64,000 nucleotides of DNA, from sequence record NC_061443.1. One strand, given 5' to 3'. The notes beneath the pieces were generated by a model, which was not told where the DNA came from, searched no databases, and was given only the letters and a program-made list of their open reading frames with translations. Below are positions 17,743 through 26,720 of the stretch, piece after piece (position 1 is the stretch's first letter; every line of letters begins with the position of its first letter). The position numbers and the translations under genes were made by a program.

Positions 17743-18450
17743 ATGAAAAAGATTCAACACGTAGTTCTTCCGACTGATGCTCTTAACGGCCTTATTCACG
17801 GCTTCCATCATCACAGCAGGACAACCGAGGAGTTCTGCAAATCCCTGTTCTACATTGATGTGACTAATCGAAGCGCACATGACGCTCTCTATTCCATCCT
17901 CAAACGAGACAAGACCTTAGGAATTATCCCTATGGGTTACGACAACGAGAAAGATGCGCGAGGGCATACCTCCCCTGCATCGCTGGCTATCGTGCTGTCT
18001 AACAATTTACTGCATCTGGATGACACGAAAATGTCCAGAGGCATTCTCAATATCTTCGGAGCACTGGCCCGAACCACGCACACTAACGATACTCAAATAA
18101 CAGTGTACGGCGAACCAGGCGTAGATAAAATTCTCAATATCGTGCGTCGTGTTGACTACCGAGATTATACTGAGGGCTCCGGTGTTAGTGCTGACGTAGT
18201 GATTGGAGATTTTGAACTACAATCGAATATCACAATAGACAATTTCGTATCAATGGCGATTGACCCTAAGTTCGAAGACGATGTACGGAACTCGCCTGCC
18301 ACGGAATACAAACTCGGCAGCAACTTCATGTTCATGCACCCTGATGAACTTGCTAAGGCTGTTCGCCTGATACGACGTTGCAGCAAGACCTGCATAATGC
18401 ACCCTGACCTGCATCGCTATTACTTTGAGAATGTAATCTGTAAATACTGA
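17743..18450 (+). CDS. hypothetical protein, paralogue of 19589..20356
   Basis: AGGAG RBS; shared C-terminal F...PDEL....K..I.H.D..R..FE..I. Confidence 0.8.
   Translation: MKKIQHVVLPTDALNGLIHGFHHHSRTTEEFCKSLFYIDVTNRSAHDALYSILKRDKTLGIIPMGYDNEKDARGHTSPASLAIVLSNNLLHLDDTKMSRGILNIFGALARTTHTNDTQITVYGEPGVDKILNIVRRVDYRDYTEGSGVSADVVIGDFELQSNITIDNFVSMAIDPKFEDDVRNSPATEYKLGSNFMFMHPDELAKAVRLIRRCSKTCIMHPDLHRYYFENVICKY
18438..18446 (+). promoter_or_regulatory. CTGTAAATA box upstream of the AcrVA2-like gene
   Basis: at the 3' end of the upstream CDS, 115 nt before ATG 18553. Confidence 0.4.
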
Positions 18451-18497
18451 TCACCAACCGAACACATTGCTGTGTGTAGTCTAGCCCGACTTGGGCA

Positions 18498-18528
18498 GGG
18501 GAGAGCCGGATGGCCTCCCCATTTTTTT
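18498..18528 (+). terminator. intrinsic terminator or attenuator
   Basis: GGGGAG...CTCCCC-ATTTTTTT. Confidence 0.65.
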
Positions 18529-18552
18529 GTCTACAGGCAGCAGGAGAACACC

Positions 18553-19542
18553 ATGTCCAAATCGACTCCTCAAATCTTCCTTGACCTGTTTCTCAAGGAC
18601 GTCAGAATCTTTCTGCCTAAGTTCGACAAGGGACTTGAGGCGTATTTTCAGAAATGCAAAGGCAAGCCAGGTATGTCTGGTGTGTCACTTCATCAATATA
18701 TGAAGTGGCTCAACCCGCGCGCAAAATGCCCTGCTAGCCCGAGTGAGATCTCTATCATAACGTCAGGTTATCTGCATTACTTCTGGCAATTCTCAAAGCC
18801 GAACTTTGTCTTTGACCCTACGATTGTAAATCACTTGGTCGACTCAGTATTGCCTGACGAATTACCTGCCGAAGTGCTGCATCGACTGCCTTACTGGAGT
18901 CAGTGGATAACGATGCCTGTCAGATTGCAGAGCAAAGACAAGACTACGCAACTGGACTTCGATGGTGCGTTCGTGGGTTACACGAATATCAACGGTAGAC
19001 CTGCGCTTTCACTCGCAGCACCGTTTGTCTCAGATGACCTGAGCATACGCTCGAACGACTTCACACCGTTCGTCACATCATACGTGTATCTGGACCAACC
19101 TGTTAAGCCTGAGTTGCTGGTCACGAACTGCCACTTGCTTAATGTTGCAGACACGGTAAGCCGCGATCAATTCGCCTCACTGATAATCAACGTTCATCAC
19201 TACCTGACGAAGATTGTTTGCTGTGTGCTGTACATCTGCTCCGAACAGCAGGCGCTGCATACAGAAGGTCACTCGCAGCCTAGACCTCAACGCTTAGGCA
19301 AAAGCTATCGCATCACTCCGCCGAAGGATGATCGTGTGATCACGCTAGGCACGGAGATGGCGCAATTGCTTAAAGACTTCGAAGCGGAAGTCGAAACGTG
19401 TACTCGCGCTTTCAATGGACGCAGACCGCATCTGAGGAGAGCGCACTACCATCACTTCTGGACAGGACCTAAAGTAGGCGAACAGGTTCTGATCTGCAAG
19501 TGGTTGCCACCGAGAGTTGTTAGAGGAACCATCCCGCAATAA
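18553..19542 (+). CDS. AcrVA2/FinQ-family-like protein
   Basis: AGGAG RBS; LPDELPAEVLHRLPYW, LYICSEQ, C-terminal RRPHLRRAHYHHFWTG...KWLPP parallel AcrVA2 LPDDTPTSIFLNLPDW, LWLCVAEP, KRPHIRRGHWHGYWQG...RWQP (recalled sequence). Confidence 0.7.
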   Translation: MSKSTPQIFLDLFLKDVRIFLPKFDKGLEAYFQKCKGKPGMSGVSLHQYMKWLNPRAKCPASPSEISIITSGYLHYFWQFSKPNFVFDPTIVNHLVDSVLPDELPAEVLHRLPYWSQWITMPVRLQSKDKTTQLDFDGAFVGYTNINGRPALSLAAPFVSDDLSIRSNDFTPFVTSYVYLDQPVKPELLVTNCHLLNVADTVSRDQFASLIINVHHYLTKIVCCVLYICSEQQALHTEGHSQPRPQRLGKSYRITPPKDDRVITLGTEMAQLLKDFEAEVETCTRAFNGRRPHLRRAHYHHFWTGPKVGEQVLICKWLPPRVVRGTIPQ

Positions 19543-19588
19543 CTCGTTATCAATACTCCACGTATGGGCGTTAGGCCCGGAGGCTATT

Positions 19589-20356
19589 ATGAAATCTCGT
19601 GTACAAACTCTATGGATTCCTGATATGGAATCGTATGAACCTTACGTTCGGTCTCTGTGTCATATGGCGCGAGCACTGGAAAACACTGGCCGGAACTACG
19701 GCACGATGAAACGTGTTGTGGTCATTGGTATGTCAAAGCGTAGTGTCGAATCCTACGTCAAGCAGTTGCTCAACTCAAGCACACTGCCAAACACTCTCGT
19801 ATGCTACGGCATCGACGAATCGCCTGTGAGCCACAAGGAGTTCACGTTCTCAGGTGCACACATCGTACTGATGCACGATCTGCGTTACGCCTGTCACGAG
19901 TCACTAGGTCGTGTGGCAGGTCGTGTTGTTGATATCATCGACAGCCTGAAACAGAAAGACGGCGATAAGGAACTCAAGAACACCTGCCTGTCCGTCGTCT
20001 ACCAAATACCCTCACTGTGGTCAAACATTTTAGAGTATGGCGCAAACAGTTTCATTAACATGGGAAGCAAACACGTAGAGTACCGCAGCGGCTTGGTGTC
20101 GTCTGTCAGTCTTGATGCGTTGATGAAGTGTTATGAAAACAAAGACTACCATGAACTTCATGCTGAGGTGATCACGATAGGTAAGGAGTTCCTGTGCGTC
20201 CAGCCTGACGAACTGCTTAATAAGGTAGGCAACTTACTGTGGTCACTCGCATCTACTGGTAGTAAGTTTGAGAAGACACACAAAATTGTCTTCCACGAAG
20301 ACTTCCGACGCTTGTTCTTCGAAGAATACATCCTCAGAGACTTCCGGGGTTTTTAA
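19589..20356 (+). CDS. hypothetical protein, paralogue of 17743..18450
   Basis: GGAGG RBS before ATG 19589. Confidence 0.8.
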   Translation: MKSRVQTLWIPDMESYEPYVRSLCHMARALENTGRNYGTMKRVVVIGMSKRSVESYVKQLLNSSTLPNTLVCYGIDESPVSHKEFTFSGAHIVLMHDLRYACHESLGRVAGRVVDIIDSLKQKDGDKELKNTCLSVVYQIPSLWSNILEYGANSFINMGSKHVEYRSGLVSSVSLDALMKCYENKDYHELHAEVITIGKEFLCVQPDELLNKVGNLLWSLASTGSKFEKTHKIVFHEDFRRLFFEEYILRDFRGF

Positions 20357-20431
20357 GATTAATCTTAGTCCAGTTCTCTAATTTCAATATGTTGGCAAGT
20401 AGTGCTGACTTATCGTTATTGGAGAAATAAC

Positions 20432-20692
20432 ATGTGCGGACGTAGCCTAGTCAGGTTGAAGTACCTCGCACGGTCATCGAACTGGTGCAATAATAAAGTA
20501 AACGCTTGTAGTGAGCGGAAGGCGAAGAATGTACAATGCGAACAATTTTTGGAAGCAACCAAGAATTGCCGCAGTGAACAGAAGTCGTCCAGTGTAGTTT
20601 CTTTCTTCAAAGGTCATGAGCTGGTTGGTCAAGCTATATGGCATGAGATAGAAGGCGACAACACACTTCAATTCCGGTTGCTACTTGCCTAA
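20432..20692 (+). CDS. small hypothetical protein
   Basis: GGAG RBS before ATG 20432. Confidence 0.55.
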   Translation: MCGRSLVRLKYLARSSNWCNNKVNACSERKAKNVQCEQFLEATKNCRSEQKSSSVVSFFKGHELVGQAIWHEIEGDNTLQFRLLLA

Positions 20693-20791
20693 CGACAGAG
20701 GGCCTTTCAGAGTAAAATCTGGTGGGCCCTTTCTTCTTTATATGCTAATTTTCCCTGTCATTAACACACAATCCGACTTCGGGGTAACACT

Positions 20792-22789
20792 ATGTCTTTG
20801 ATTAAAATCGAAGGCGTCCAATCATTGTCTGCGCCAACCAAAGCCCAGAAAGACGCCGCTGTTTATATGTTTGGTTCTAAGGGCCATTCAATCGTTGCTG
20901 TGCTCGACAAATTCAGTCGCGCCAAAGAAGTGCGCACCGCACACATCGACGGTCTGCTCAAGCTGATGAAGGAAGGCGAAGATGATGATATCGTCAAGTT
21001 CGTCGCATCTGCTGCGGGCAAGAAGTCCATCGCTGCCGCGAAACAGTTTGCCATTGCCAAGACCTTGGCTGCGTCTATCAAAGCGCTGAAACTGGTACGT
21101 GTGCCAATGAAGTGGATTGAAGGTCACTCTGATGCTGCCGCTGCTCGCATCACCGAGACGAAAGAAATCCGCGCACGTAAGACTGCGGGCAACAAGCCAG
21201 AGAAGCCTATCAAGCTCGATAACCCACACGCTCCAGAAGCAGTCACTATCGATCAGACCAAAACCAACTCTGCTCTGAGCAAAGTCTACAAGCTGCCTAA
21301 GACCGCAGCGGGTTATGGTTCAGCGCTCACACCCCAGTGGAAAGCAATTATCGCTGCCGCTAATACTGCGTTAGGTGGTATGTTTGTTCTCAAGTGGGCC
21401 AAATCAGAAGGTGGCGCGCAGATCATTCCTACAGGTAAAGGCTATCGCTCAATTCCTAATGCGTACCTGACCGCGGCCATTGATGAAAACAGTTGGTTCA
21501 TGTATGCCGTTGCGCCTACTGATAAGAAAGGCGCAGGTATCGAAGGTAAGATGATCGGTAACCAACTGACCATGGCTTCTATCGCTGCCTTCATGCGTGA
21601 TGTTATGGCACAGCAAAACTCGCCAGTAACTGCTGCAATTAATAAAATGATTGCTGGTGCTACTGTCTTCGATAAAGAAATCGTTCACACAGAAGCAAAT
21701 GACCCTACACTGAAAGCAATTGGTGACGCCAAACGTGCTCAGGATGCAGAGGGTACTGCGAAAGGCGCTATCAACTCTGTTACTAAAATCACCTCTGCAA
21801 ACGTGTCTAAGATTACTCGTGGCGCACAGATCAAGATCGAGCAACAGCTTGATAGCAAATTGAGTGGCGTGTTGAATAACGCGCAGTTCCGTGAGAAAGG
21901 TACCTACGCAGCACTTGACGGCTACCTGTTCGAGATGAATGCGCCTACGTCGTACAAAGATATGCCAAATATCGCCAGCTACGCAATCATTCCTCCTCAG
22001 ACCCGAACAGGTCTGTCAGGTAAGAACTGGCGTGTGAGTGCGTTGGCTATCGGTCGTGCCTCAGCCACTGCTATCATTGATATCGGTCCTACGTTCTCTT
22101 TGGCTAAAGTCAAGTCTGCTGTACGTCAACTTGCCTCAGCCTCTCCTGTAGGCGGCTCGACTGGTACTTCTTCTCCCAAAGGCGTCAAAGAACAGCGCTT
22201 CCTGAACAACCTCCTGTTCAATCTGAACGCGAATGGTAAAGACATTCAGATCGACGGCGACAATGCCTCTATTGGTCTGTTTGAGAAGAACTACATTGAC
22301 ACTGCACCTGCTGCGCTCAATGTCAGCTTCTTGCCTCAGGACGGCTACGCGTTTGTTCGTGCACCTAATGCCACAAATGCCGCCAAATGGATTGCGTGGG
22401 CTAACAAGAAATCAAGCCGCACCCTTCTGCCTGAGCAAGCTGCTTCAATCCCACATTCACCAACAGGCAAATCTCCAATCGCCTTAGTTGATGAACTGGC
22501 CGAAGTCCCTGCACGTAAAATCTCTGCGAAGCCTCTGCAGGCGCGTGAAGAATATTTCAACGCACTGCGTACGGTAATCCAGAACAACCTGCCTAAGCGT
22601 GAAGTGTCTGCGACCTCTACTGGTGTTGTAATCGGTGGTGGTAGCAAGCTGCACACCTTACGTCTGGACAACAACGCATGGACGTTACAGACAGGCGTTA
22701 CTGGCAAAGCTAAACGTATCGGTACCACGTTCGATATCGTTGACTTGCTGGGGATGTTGGACAAAGGCATTCTGCGTCCTAAAGCATAA
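20792..22789 (+). CDS. large Ala/Lys-rich protein, probable virion/internal protein
   Basis: 665 aa, terminator on each side, N-terminal VQSLSA motif. Confidence 0.6.
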   Translation: MSLIKIEGVQSLSAPTKAQKDAAVYMFGSKGHSIVAVLDKFSRAKEVRTAHIDGLLKLMKEGEDDDIVKFVASAAGKKSIAAAKQFAIAKTLAASIKALKLVRVPMKWIEGHSDAAAARITETKEIRARKTAGNKPEKPIKLDNPHAPEAVTIDQTKTNSALSKVYKLPKTAAGYGSALTPQWKAIIAAANTALGGMFVLKWAKSEGGAQIIPTGKGYRSIPNAYLTAAIDENSWFMYAVAPTDKKGAGIEGKMIGNQLTMASIAAFMRDVMAQQNSPVTAAINKMIAGATVFDKEIVHTEANDPTLKAIGDAKRAQDAEGTAKGAINSVTKITSANVSKITRGAQIKIEQQLDSKLSGVLNNAQFREKGTYAALDGYLFEMNAPTSYKDMPNIASYAIIPPQTRTGLSGKNWRVSALAIGRASATAIIDIGPTFSLAKVKSAVRQLASASPVGGSTGTSSPKGVKEQRFLNNLLFNLNANGKDIQIDGDNASIGLFEKNYIDTAPAALNVSFLPQDGYAFVRAPNATNAAKWIAWANKKSSRTLLPEQAASIPHSPTGKSPIALVDELAEVPARKISAKPLQAREEYFNALRTVIQNNLPKREVSATSTGVVIGGGSKLHTLRLDNNAWTLQTGVTGKAKRIGTTFDIVDLLGMLDKGILRPKA

Positions 22790-22800
22790 TAGCAGTAATC

Positions 22801-22829
22801 AAAAGGGGTGGCTTCGGCTGCCCCTTTTT
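22801..22829. terminator. strong intrinsic terminator (possibly bidirectional)
   Basis: AAAAGGGGTGGC-TTCG-GCTGCCCCTTTTT. Confidence 0.85.
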
Positions 22830-22860
22830 GCGTCTACATGCGCCAGAAAGCTGATGAACT

Positions 22861-22915
22861 CTGCATATAATAGGACAAAATAGCTCTATGCTCGTAGCAG
22901 TCAAAATGATACTAT
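22861..22915 (+). promoter_or_regulatory. early promoter module 1
   Basis: box CTGCATATAATAGGACAAAATAGC, TG-A-TACTAT at 22910. Confidence 0.8.
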
Positions 22916-22966
22916 ATAGTCTCTGGCGCAATAACGCGCTCTACAACAACTGCCAAGGGGCACACT

Positions 22967-23338
22967 ATGACTAACTCATTCAATTCTGTTTGCGAAATCT
23001 TTGAAGCTATGAACGAATGCGCGAGCGATTCAGCATTCACCAAACAGTGTGGCTTCCCGTACCCTAAAGTAGAAATTTTGCAGTGTGGCCTGCAGGAAGA
23101 TTTAGGTGTGTACGCGTCGATGGCCGACGGCGTGAACTTCTTAATCGCAGATTCAGATGACCTGTTCTCTGAGCACCTTAAAGGTGACGGTGAGATCACT
23201 GTCTGCCGTATCGAAACACCTAACGGTGAGATGTTCGACGAACCTGAAGCTATCGTTACGCAGTTGGGGACATTTAACGACTTTGCAGAAGCATACGCAG
23301 CATTCACCGCTGCCGTAAACGCTGAACTCAACAAATAA
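22967..23338 (+). CDS. small acidic early protein
   Basis: AAGGGG RBS; about 22 D/E versus 5 K/R by hand count. Confidence 0.8.
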   Translation: MTNSFNSVCEIFEAMNECASDSAFTKQCGFPYPKVEILQCGLQEDLGVYASMADGVNFLIADSDDLFSEHLKGDGEITVCRIETPNGEMFDEPEAIVTQLGTFNDFAEAYAAFTAAVNAELNK

Positions 23339-23383
23339 TAGGTCAAAGGCGCTATAGAAATATAGCGCTGTTTATCGTACTAT
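23329..23383 (+). promoter_or_regulatory. early promoter module 2
   Basis: ..CAAATAATAGGTCAAAGGC box, TACTAT at 23378. Confidence 0.7.
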
Positions 23384-23434
23384 AAAGATGTTGCGCAATG
23401 ATGCGCACATACAACTTCTGCCAAGGGGCATACA

Positions 23435-23809
23435 ATGAAAGCAGCAAACTTTGATAAAGCATTTAACGCGAAAGATGAAGCAACCCTGAACGCATACGCA
23501 GCGCAGATTCTCGAAGCGCTCAACGCTCTGGGACGTAGCGACCTGAAGATTGAAATCATCTTCGGCACTGACCCGTTCAGCGAGTACCCTGACTTCGTTA
23601 ACGACCCCAACGGTTTTCGTATCAGCCAGAACGGCGAAGAAATTTTCGATATCTACACCCCGACAGAAAAACAAGTTGAAGGCGATGCGTCTGACGCTTT
23701 CATCTACGCTTCATGGGCCGAGGTCGAAGCTCCGTGGGGCAAGATCGTTTCTGATAATGACGTTGCTGAAATCGCAGCGCACCTGAACGAATCTATCCCA
23801 GCTCTGTAA
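23435..23809 (+). CDS. small acidic early protein
   Basis: AAGGGG RBS; about 23 D/E versus 8 K/R. Confidence 0.8.
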   Translation: MKAANFDKAFNAKDEATLNAYAAQILEALNALGRSDLKIEIIFGTDPFSEYPDFVNDPNGFRISQNGEEIFDIYTPTEKQVEGDASDAFIYASWAEVEAPWGKIVSDNDVAEIAAHLNESIPAL

Positions 23810-23867
23810 CGAACAACTGACTGCGGGGTTACGGCCCCGCTTATTACAACAACTGCCGAGGGGCACA

Positions 23868-23922
23868 GAGTAAATAACTGGCAGAAAGCGCCGTAGCAAT
23901 GCGGCGCATATCAACGTATTAT
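23868..23922 (+). promoter_or_regulatory. early promoter module 3
   Basis: GAGTAAATAACTGGCAGAAAGCG box, TATTAT at 23917. Confidence 0.65.
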
Positions 23923-23970
23923 GTAATCTCTAGCGCAATGACGCGCTCAACACTGAAAGAGGCAACAACA

Positions 23971-24216
23971 ATGTCAGAGAAACAAATCACTATCGACGTA
24001 ATCGCAGACGTAGCATCGCCAACAGAAGTTGTGTTTGAAGACGGCGAGACTTCTACTCAATGGCTCGCGCCGTTCGATCTGCGCCTGACTGTATCGCAGA
24101 ACTGCGGCCCTGCCGGCGTACCTGAAGTGAACATCATCGGCGATGAAGATAACTTGCGCCGCTTCTTGGCAGCGAACGATCAATTCGAAGACTCTGAGAT
24201 CGTAGACGTTATCTAA
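23971..24216 (+). CDS. small acidic early protein
   Basis: GAGG RBS before ATG 23971; about 17 D/E versus 4 K/R. Confidence 0.75.
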   Translation: MSEKQITIDVIADVASPTEVVFEDGETSTQWLAPFDLRLTVSQNCGPAGVPEVNIIGDEDNLRRFLAANDQFEDSEIVDVI

Positions 24217-24223
24217 CAAACAA

Positions 24224-24248
24224 AGAGCGGCGCTTCGGCGCTGCTTTT
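24224..24248 (+). terminator. intrinsic terminator
   Basis: GAGCGGCGC-TTCG-GCGCTGCTTTT. Confidence 0.75.
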
Positions 24249-24272
24249 CTATTTCTGACTGAGAAAGCCGCT

Positions 24273-24800
24273 ATGAAAAATCAATATCTCATTCTGCGTA
24301 TGCCTGCAACAAACTTCTACGACAAACAGTTTTTGATGCGAGGCTTCAACGCCGCGCGCATTGAGCAGGTCATTGGCGTTATCGTCATCATCGGCGACGA
24401 GCATTCACACTCGCTGAAAAACAGCATGTACCGCCTCGCAAAAATTCACGTCGAACAGCTTACATCTGACACGCAACAAAACTTAGTCAAGCTGCGCTGG
24501 TCGAGCGTAGACAGTAAACTCATTGAAGAAGGCATGACACGTATACCTACTGAGCTGACCGACGCCATACGTGCGATGCGTAACAATCGACTGTACTACG
24601 AAGTCGATACGACGATCCCGCAGGCGTTTCGTGAATGCCACACTGAATTTGATATGCCGACTGGCTCGCAGATGCGGGAGCGCATAAATAAACGCTTGCG
24701 TGACTCGCAGAAGAAAGACGTTCTTGATAAATTCACTGTAGAAGAATTGTTGCAGCACTTAAAGAAACGTACTGGCGCAGAGATTACAATCAAGCTGTAA
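24273..24800 (+). CDS. hypothetical protein
   Basis: ORF in operon. Confidence 0.75.
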   Translation: MKNQYLILRMPATNFYDKQFLMRGFNAARIEQVIGVIVIIGDEHSHSLKNSMYRLAKIHVEQLTSDTQQNLVKLRWSSVDSKLIEEGMTRIPTELTDAIRAMRNNRLYYEVDTTIPQAFRECHTEFDMPTGSQMRERINKRLRDSQKKDVLDKFTVEELLQHLKKRTGAEITIKL

Positions 24801-24863
24801 TAACGAATCAACGTGTGGCGTTACGGCGCCACATCGACACAACTTAATAGAGAGAATCAAATC

Positions 24864-25472
24864 ATGTCTATCGTAACCTTCTTTGTAAAACGCTCGTATG
24901 CTTCACTTGGCGCAGGCAACTTCGCTATCGCTTCATCTTGCGTTCAAGAGCTTGCCGAAGCTGAATGTCTAATCGTGTACACGAACACGGGACTTGGCAA
25001 CACGTTCGCCTTGAAGAACATCACGATTACACCGCTCGATGAAAACAGCGTGACACTTTCATTCGATCCACTGACCGATGTTCACGCGCTGCCTGCTTCG
25101 ATTCTCCCTAAAGAGCGACTGAAAGAATCAGTCGAACGTACCGTAATGTCAGAAGATGATATGCGTGAAGTGCCGCGTTTCTGTGTAGCCAACGATGCGT
25201 CAGGCAACAACCCGAATCTGCTGGCGCTTGATCTTAACTGTCGCCAACGTTTCGTGCAGTACCACGGCGGTCTATGTACACTGACTGATCTTGTGCTGGC
25301 GCTGTATGAAACAGGCGTTCATATCTCTGACATTCACCAAGGCGTGAAACAGAAAAGCAACGTTACTGCCGTGCTTGCACAATATCCCCGCACTGTGTTT
25401 GAGTTGAACAAAGACAACGGCGTTGTGAATGACCAGCTGCCTATGCTGGCGCGCATGACCGTACTAATGTAA
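24864..25472 (+). CDS. hypothetical protein
   Basis: ATG 24864 with GAGAG RBS. Confidence 0.75.
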   Translation: MSIVTFFVKRSYASLGAGNFAIASSCVQELAEAECLIVYTNTGLGNTFALKNITITPLDENSVTLSFDPLTDVHALPASILPKERLKESVERTVMSEDDMREVPRFCVANDASGNNPNLLALDLNCRQRFVQYHGGLCTLTDLVLALYETGVHISDIHQGVKQKSNVTAVLAQYPRTVFELNKDNGVVNDQLPMLARMTVLM

Positions 25473-25519
25473 ACATCTATCGCCTCGCACATGCGGGGCT
25501 TTTCTATTTGGAGAAAGCT

Positions 25520-25867
25520 ATGATCTACGAACGCGAAGGCCTTGAACAGAAAAACTGCATCGAGCTACACGCTATTGCTGAACAGCGTGGCCTGTTATCT
25601 GACTTCGATGAAGAAGATGATATCGACGAGCACCTGCTTATCGGCATTATTCTTGACGCGCAGAACGAAGACCTCGACGCTGAGGTCGAAGAATGTGAAG
25701 AACGCGACGCCGAAGAATACTGCGACGAGTGTGGTGGTTCATTCGAAGGTCATGAAGGCCTTGACGAAGATGAACAGGATGCGCTCGATAAGCAACGCGC
25801 CGAAGATGATCGCGACCCTCGTATCAATCGCCGTGACGGCCAGGATGGTTCTGACGACTACTGTTAA
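25520..25867 (+). CDS. acidic protein with N-terminal Rho-N/HeH-like module
   Basis: GGAG RBS; LEQKNCIELHAIAEQRGL...LLIGIILDAQ. Confidence 0.7.
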   Translation: MIYEREGLEQKNCIELHAIAEQRGLLSDFDEEDDIDEHLLIGIILDAQNEDLDAEVEECEERDAEEYCDECGGSFEGHEGLDEDEQDALDKQRAEDDRDPRINRRDGQDGSDDYC

Positions 25868-25922
25868 GTAAACCCGGAGTCTGCCAAGCGCTGGTGGCCT
25901 CACTCACAACGAAGGAGTAACA

Positions 25923-26273
25923 ATGAAGCGCAAAGTAATATTGATAGACATAGCAGAGTTTCAAAGCAACCTACCGATAGCTGTACCGTCGATAATCGAC
26001 TTCACTGATATCGAATCAGTGGTGTTTGTCGTGAAGACGAATGCAGAGTACGGCGGCATCGAATATTTAGGCGCGTACTTAGCGTCTGAGATCTTCGTGG
26101 ACTATACACAGATACCGTTGGCCCAAACGATCAAGATCAACGCGTACGGTGTCGTACCGTTAGAAGATTCAATGAAGAACAATCTTCAAAGCGGCTATCA
26201 GTACACGGACGATGTGCCTGACGAGCACAAACGCATCTATGCTGCAACGCCAACTACAATAACGTTCGCGTAA
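25923..26273 (+). CDS. hypothetical protein
   Basis: AAGGAG RBS. Confidence 0.75.
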   Translation: MKRKVILIDIAEFQSNLPIAVPSIIDFTDIESVVFVVKTNAEYGGIEYLGAYLASEIFVDYTQIPLAQTIKINAYGVVPLEDSMKNNLQSGYQYTDDVPDEHKRIYAATPTTITFA

Positions 26274-26278
26274 TACCT

Positions 26279-26309
26279 AAGGGCTGCCATTGCTGGTGGC
26301 CCTTTTTCA
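26279..26309 (+). terminator. intrinsic terminator
   Basis: AGGGCTGCCA-TTGC-TGGTGGCCCT-TTTT. Confidence 0.75.
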
Positions 26310-26312
26310 TTT

Positions 26313-26321
26313 CTGTAAATA
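26313..26321 (+). promoter_or_regulatory. CTGTAAATA box
   Basis: directly after a terminator, 39 nt before ATG 26352. Confidence 0.6.
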
Positions 26322-26351
26322 CCTCGTACATTCAACAATGCGAGATATACA

Positions 26352-26720
26352 ATGCGCCGCTTTCTGACAGTCTTCAATGTCACTCAACAAGAATTTGACG
26401 AGCTACGTTTCTATCGCCATAAGCTCAACATCATAACGACTCTGCGCCGTACACACGGTATCTTGCTGGCTGTACGTGAGACAGGCCGCGTGTTCAATGT
26501 CGTAACTGCTATCTATCAGCAGGCAGAAGAATACGATCTGCGCCGTGTAGACTTCACTGCTCCTTGTGAGGTCACGTTTGAACTTGGTGAGCGCTTCCTT
26601 GAATTGAAGCAAGCAATCGCAAATAACCTGCAAGATAAAAGCATCCATTACTTCGGGCGCACGTTGAATCTCAATGAAGTGCAGGAGCAACTGTACGCCA
26701 CCAAACTGGAGATAATCTGA
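26352..26720 (+). CDS. hypothetical protein
   Basis: ORF in operon. Confidence 0.7.
   Translation: MRRFLTVFNVTQQEFDELRFYRHKLNIITTLRRTHGILLAVRETGRVFNVVTAIYQQAEEYDLRRVDFTAPCEVTFELGERFLELKQAIANNLQDKSIHYFGRTLNLNEVQEQLYATKLEII

Noticed and set aside
5282-20752. Second late-promoter motif of type (G/C)TAATTT (e.g. 5282, 20745)
   Set aside because: Too few, too degenerate and AT-rich to separate from chance without a genome-wide count
25868-25910. Novel repeat shared with 26279 (CTGCCA...GCTGGTGGCC)
   Set aside because: Best explained as a degenerate copy of the same terminator hairpin lacking its U tract
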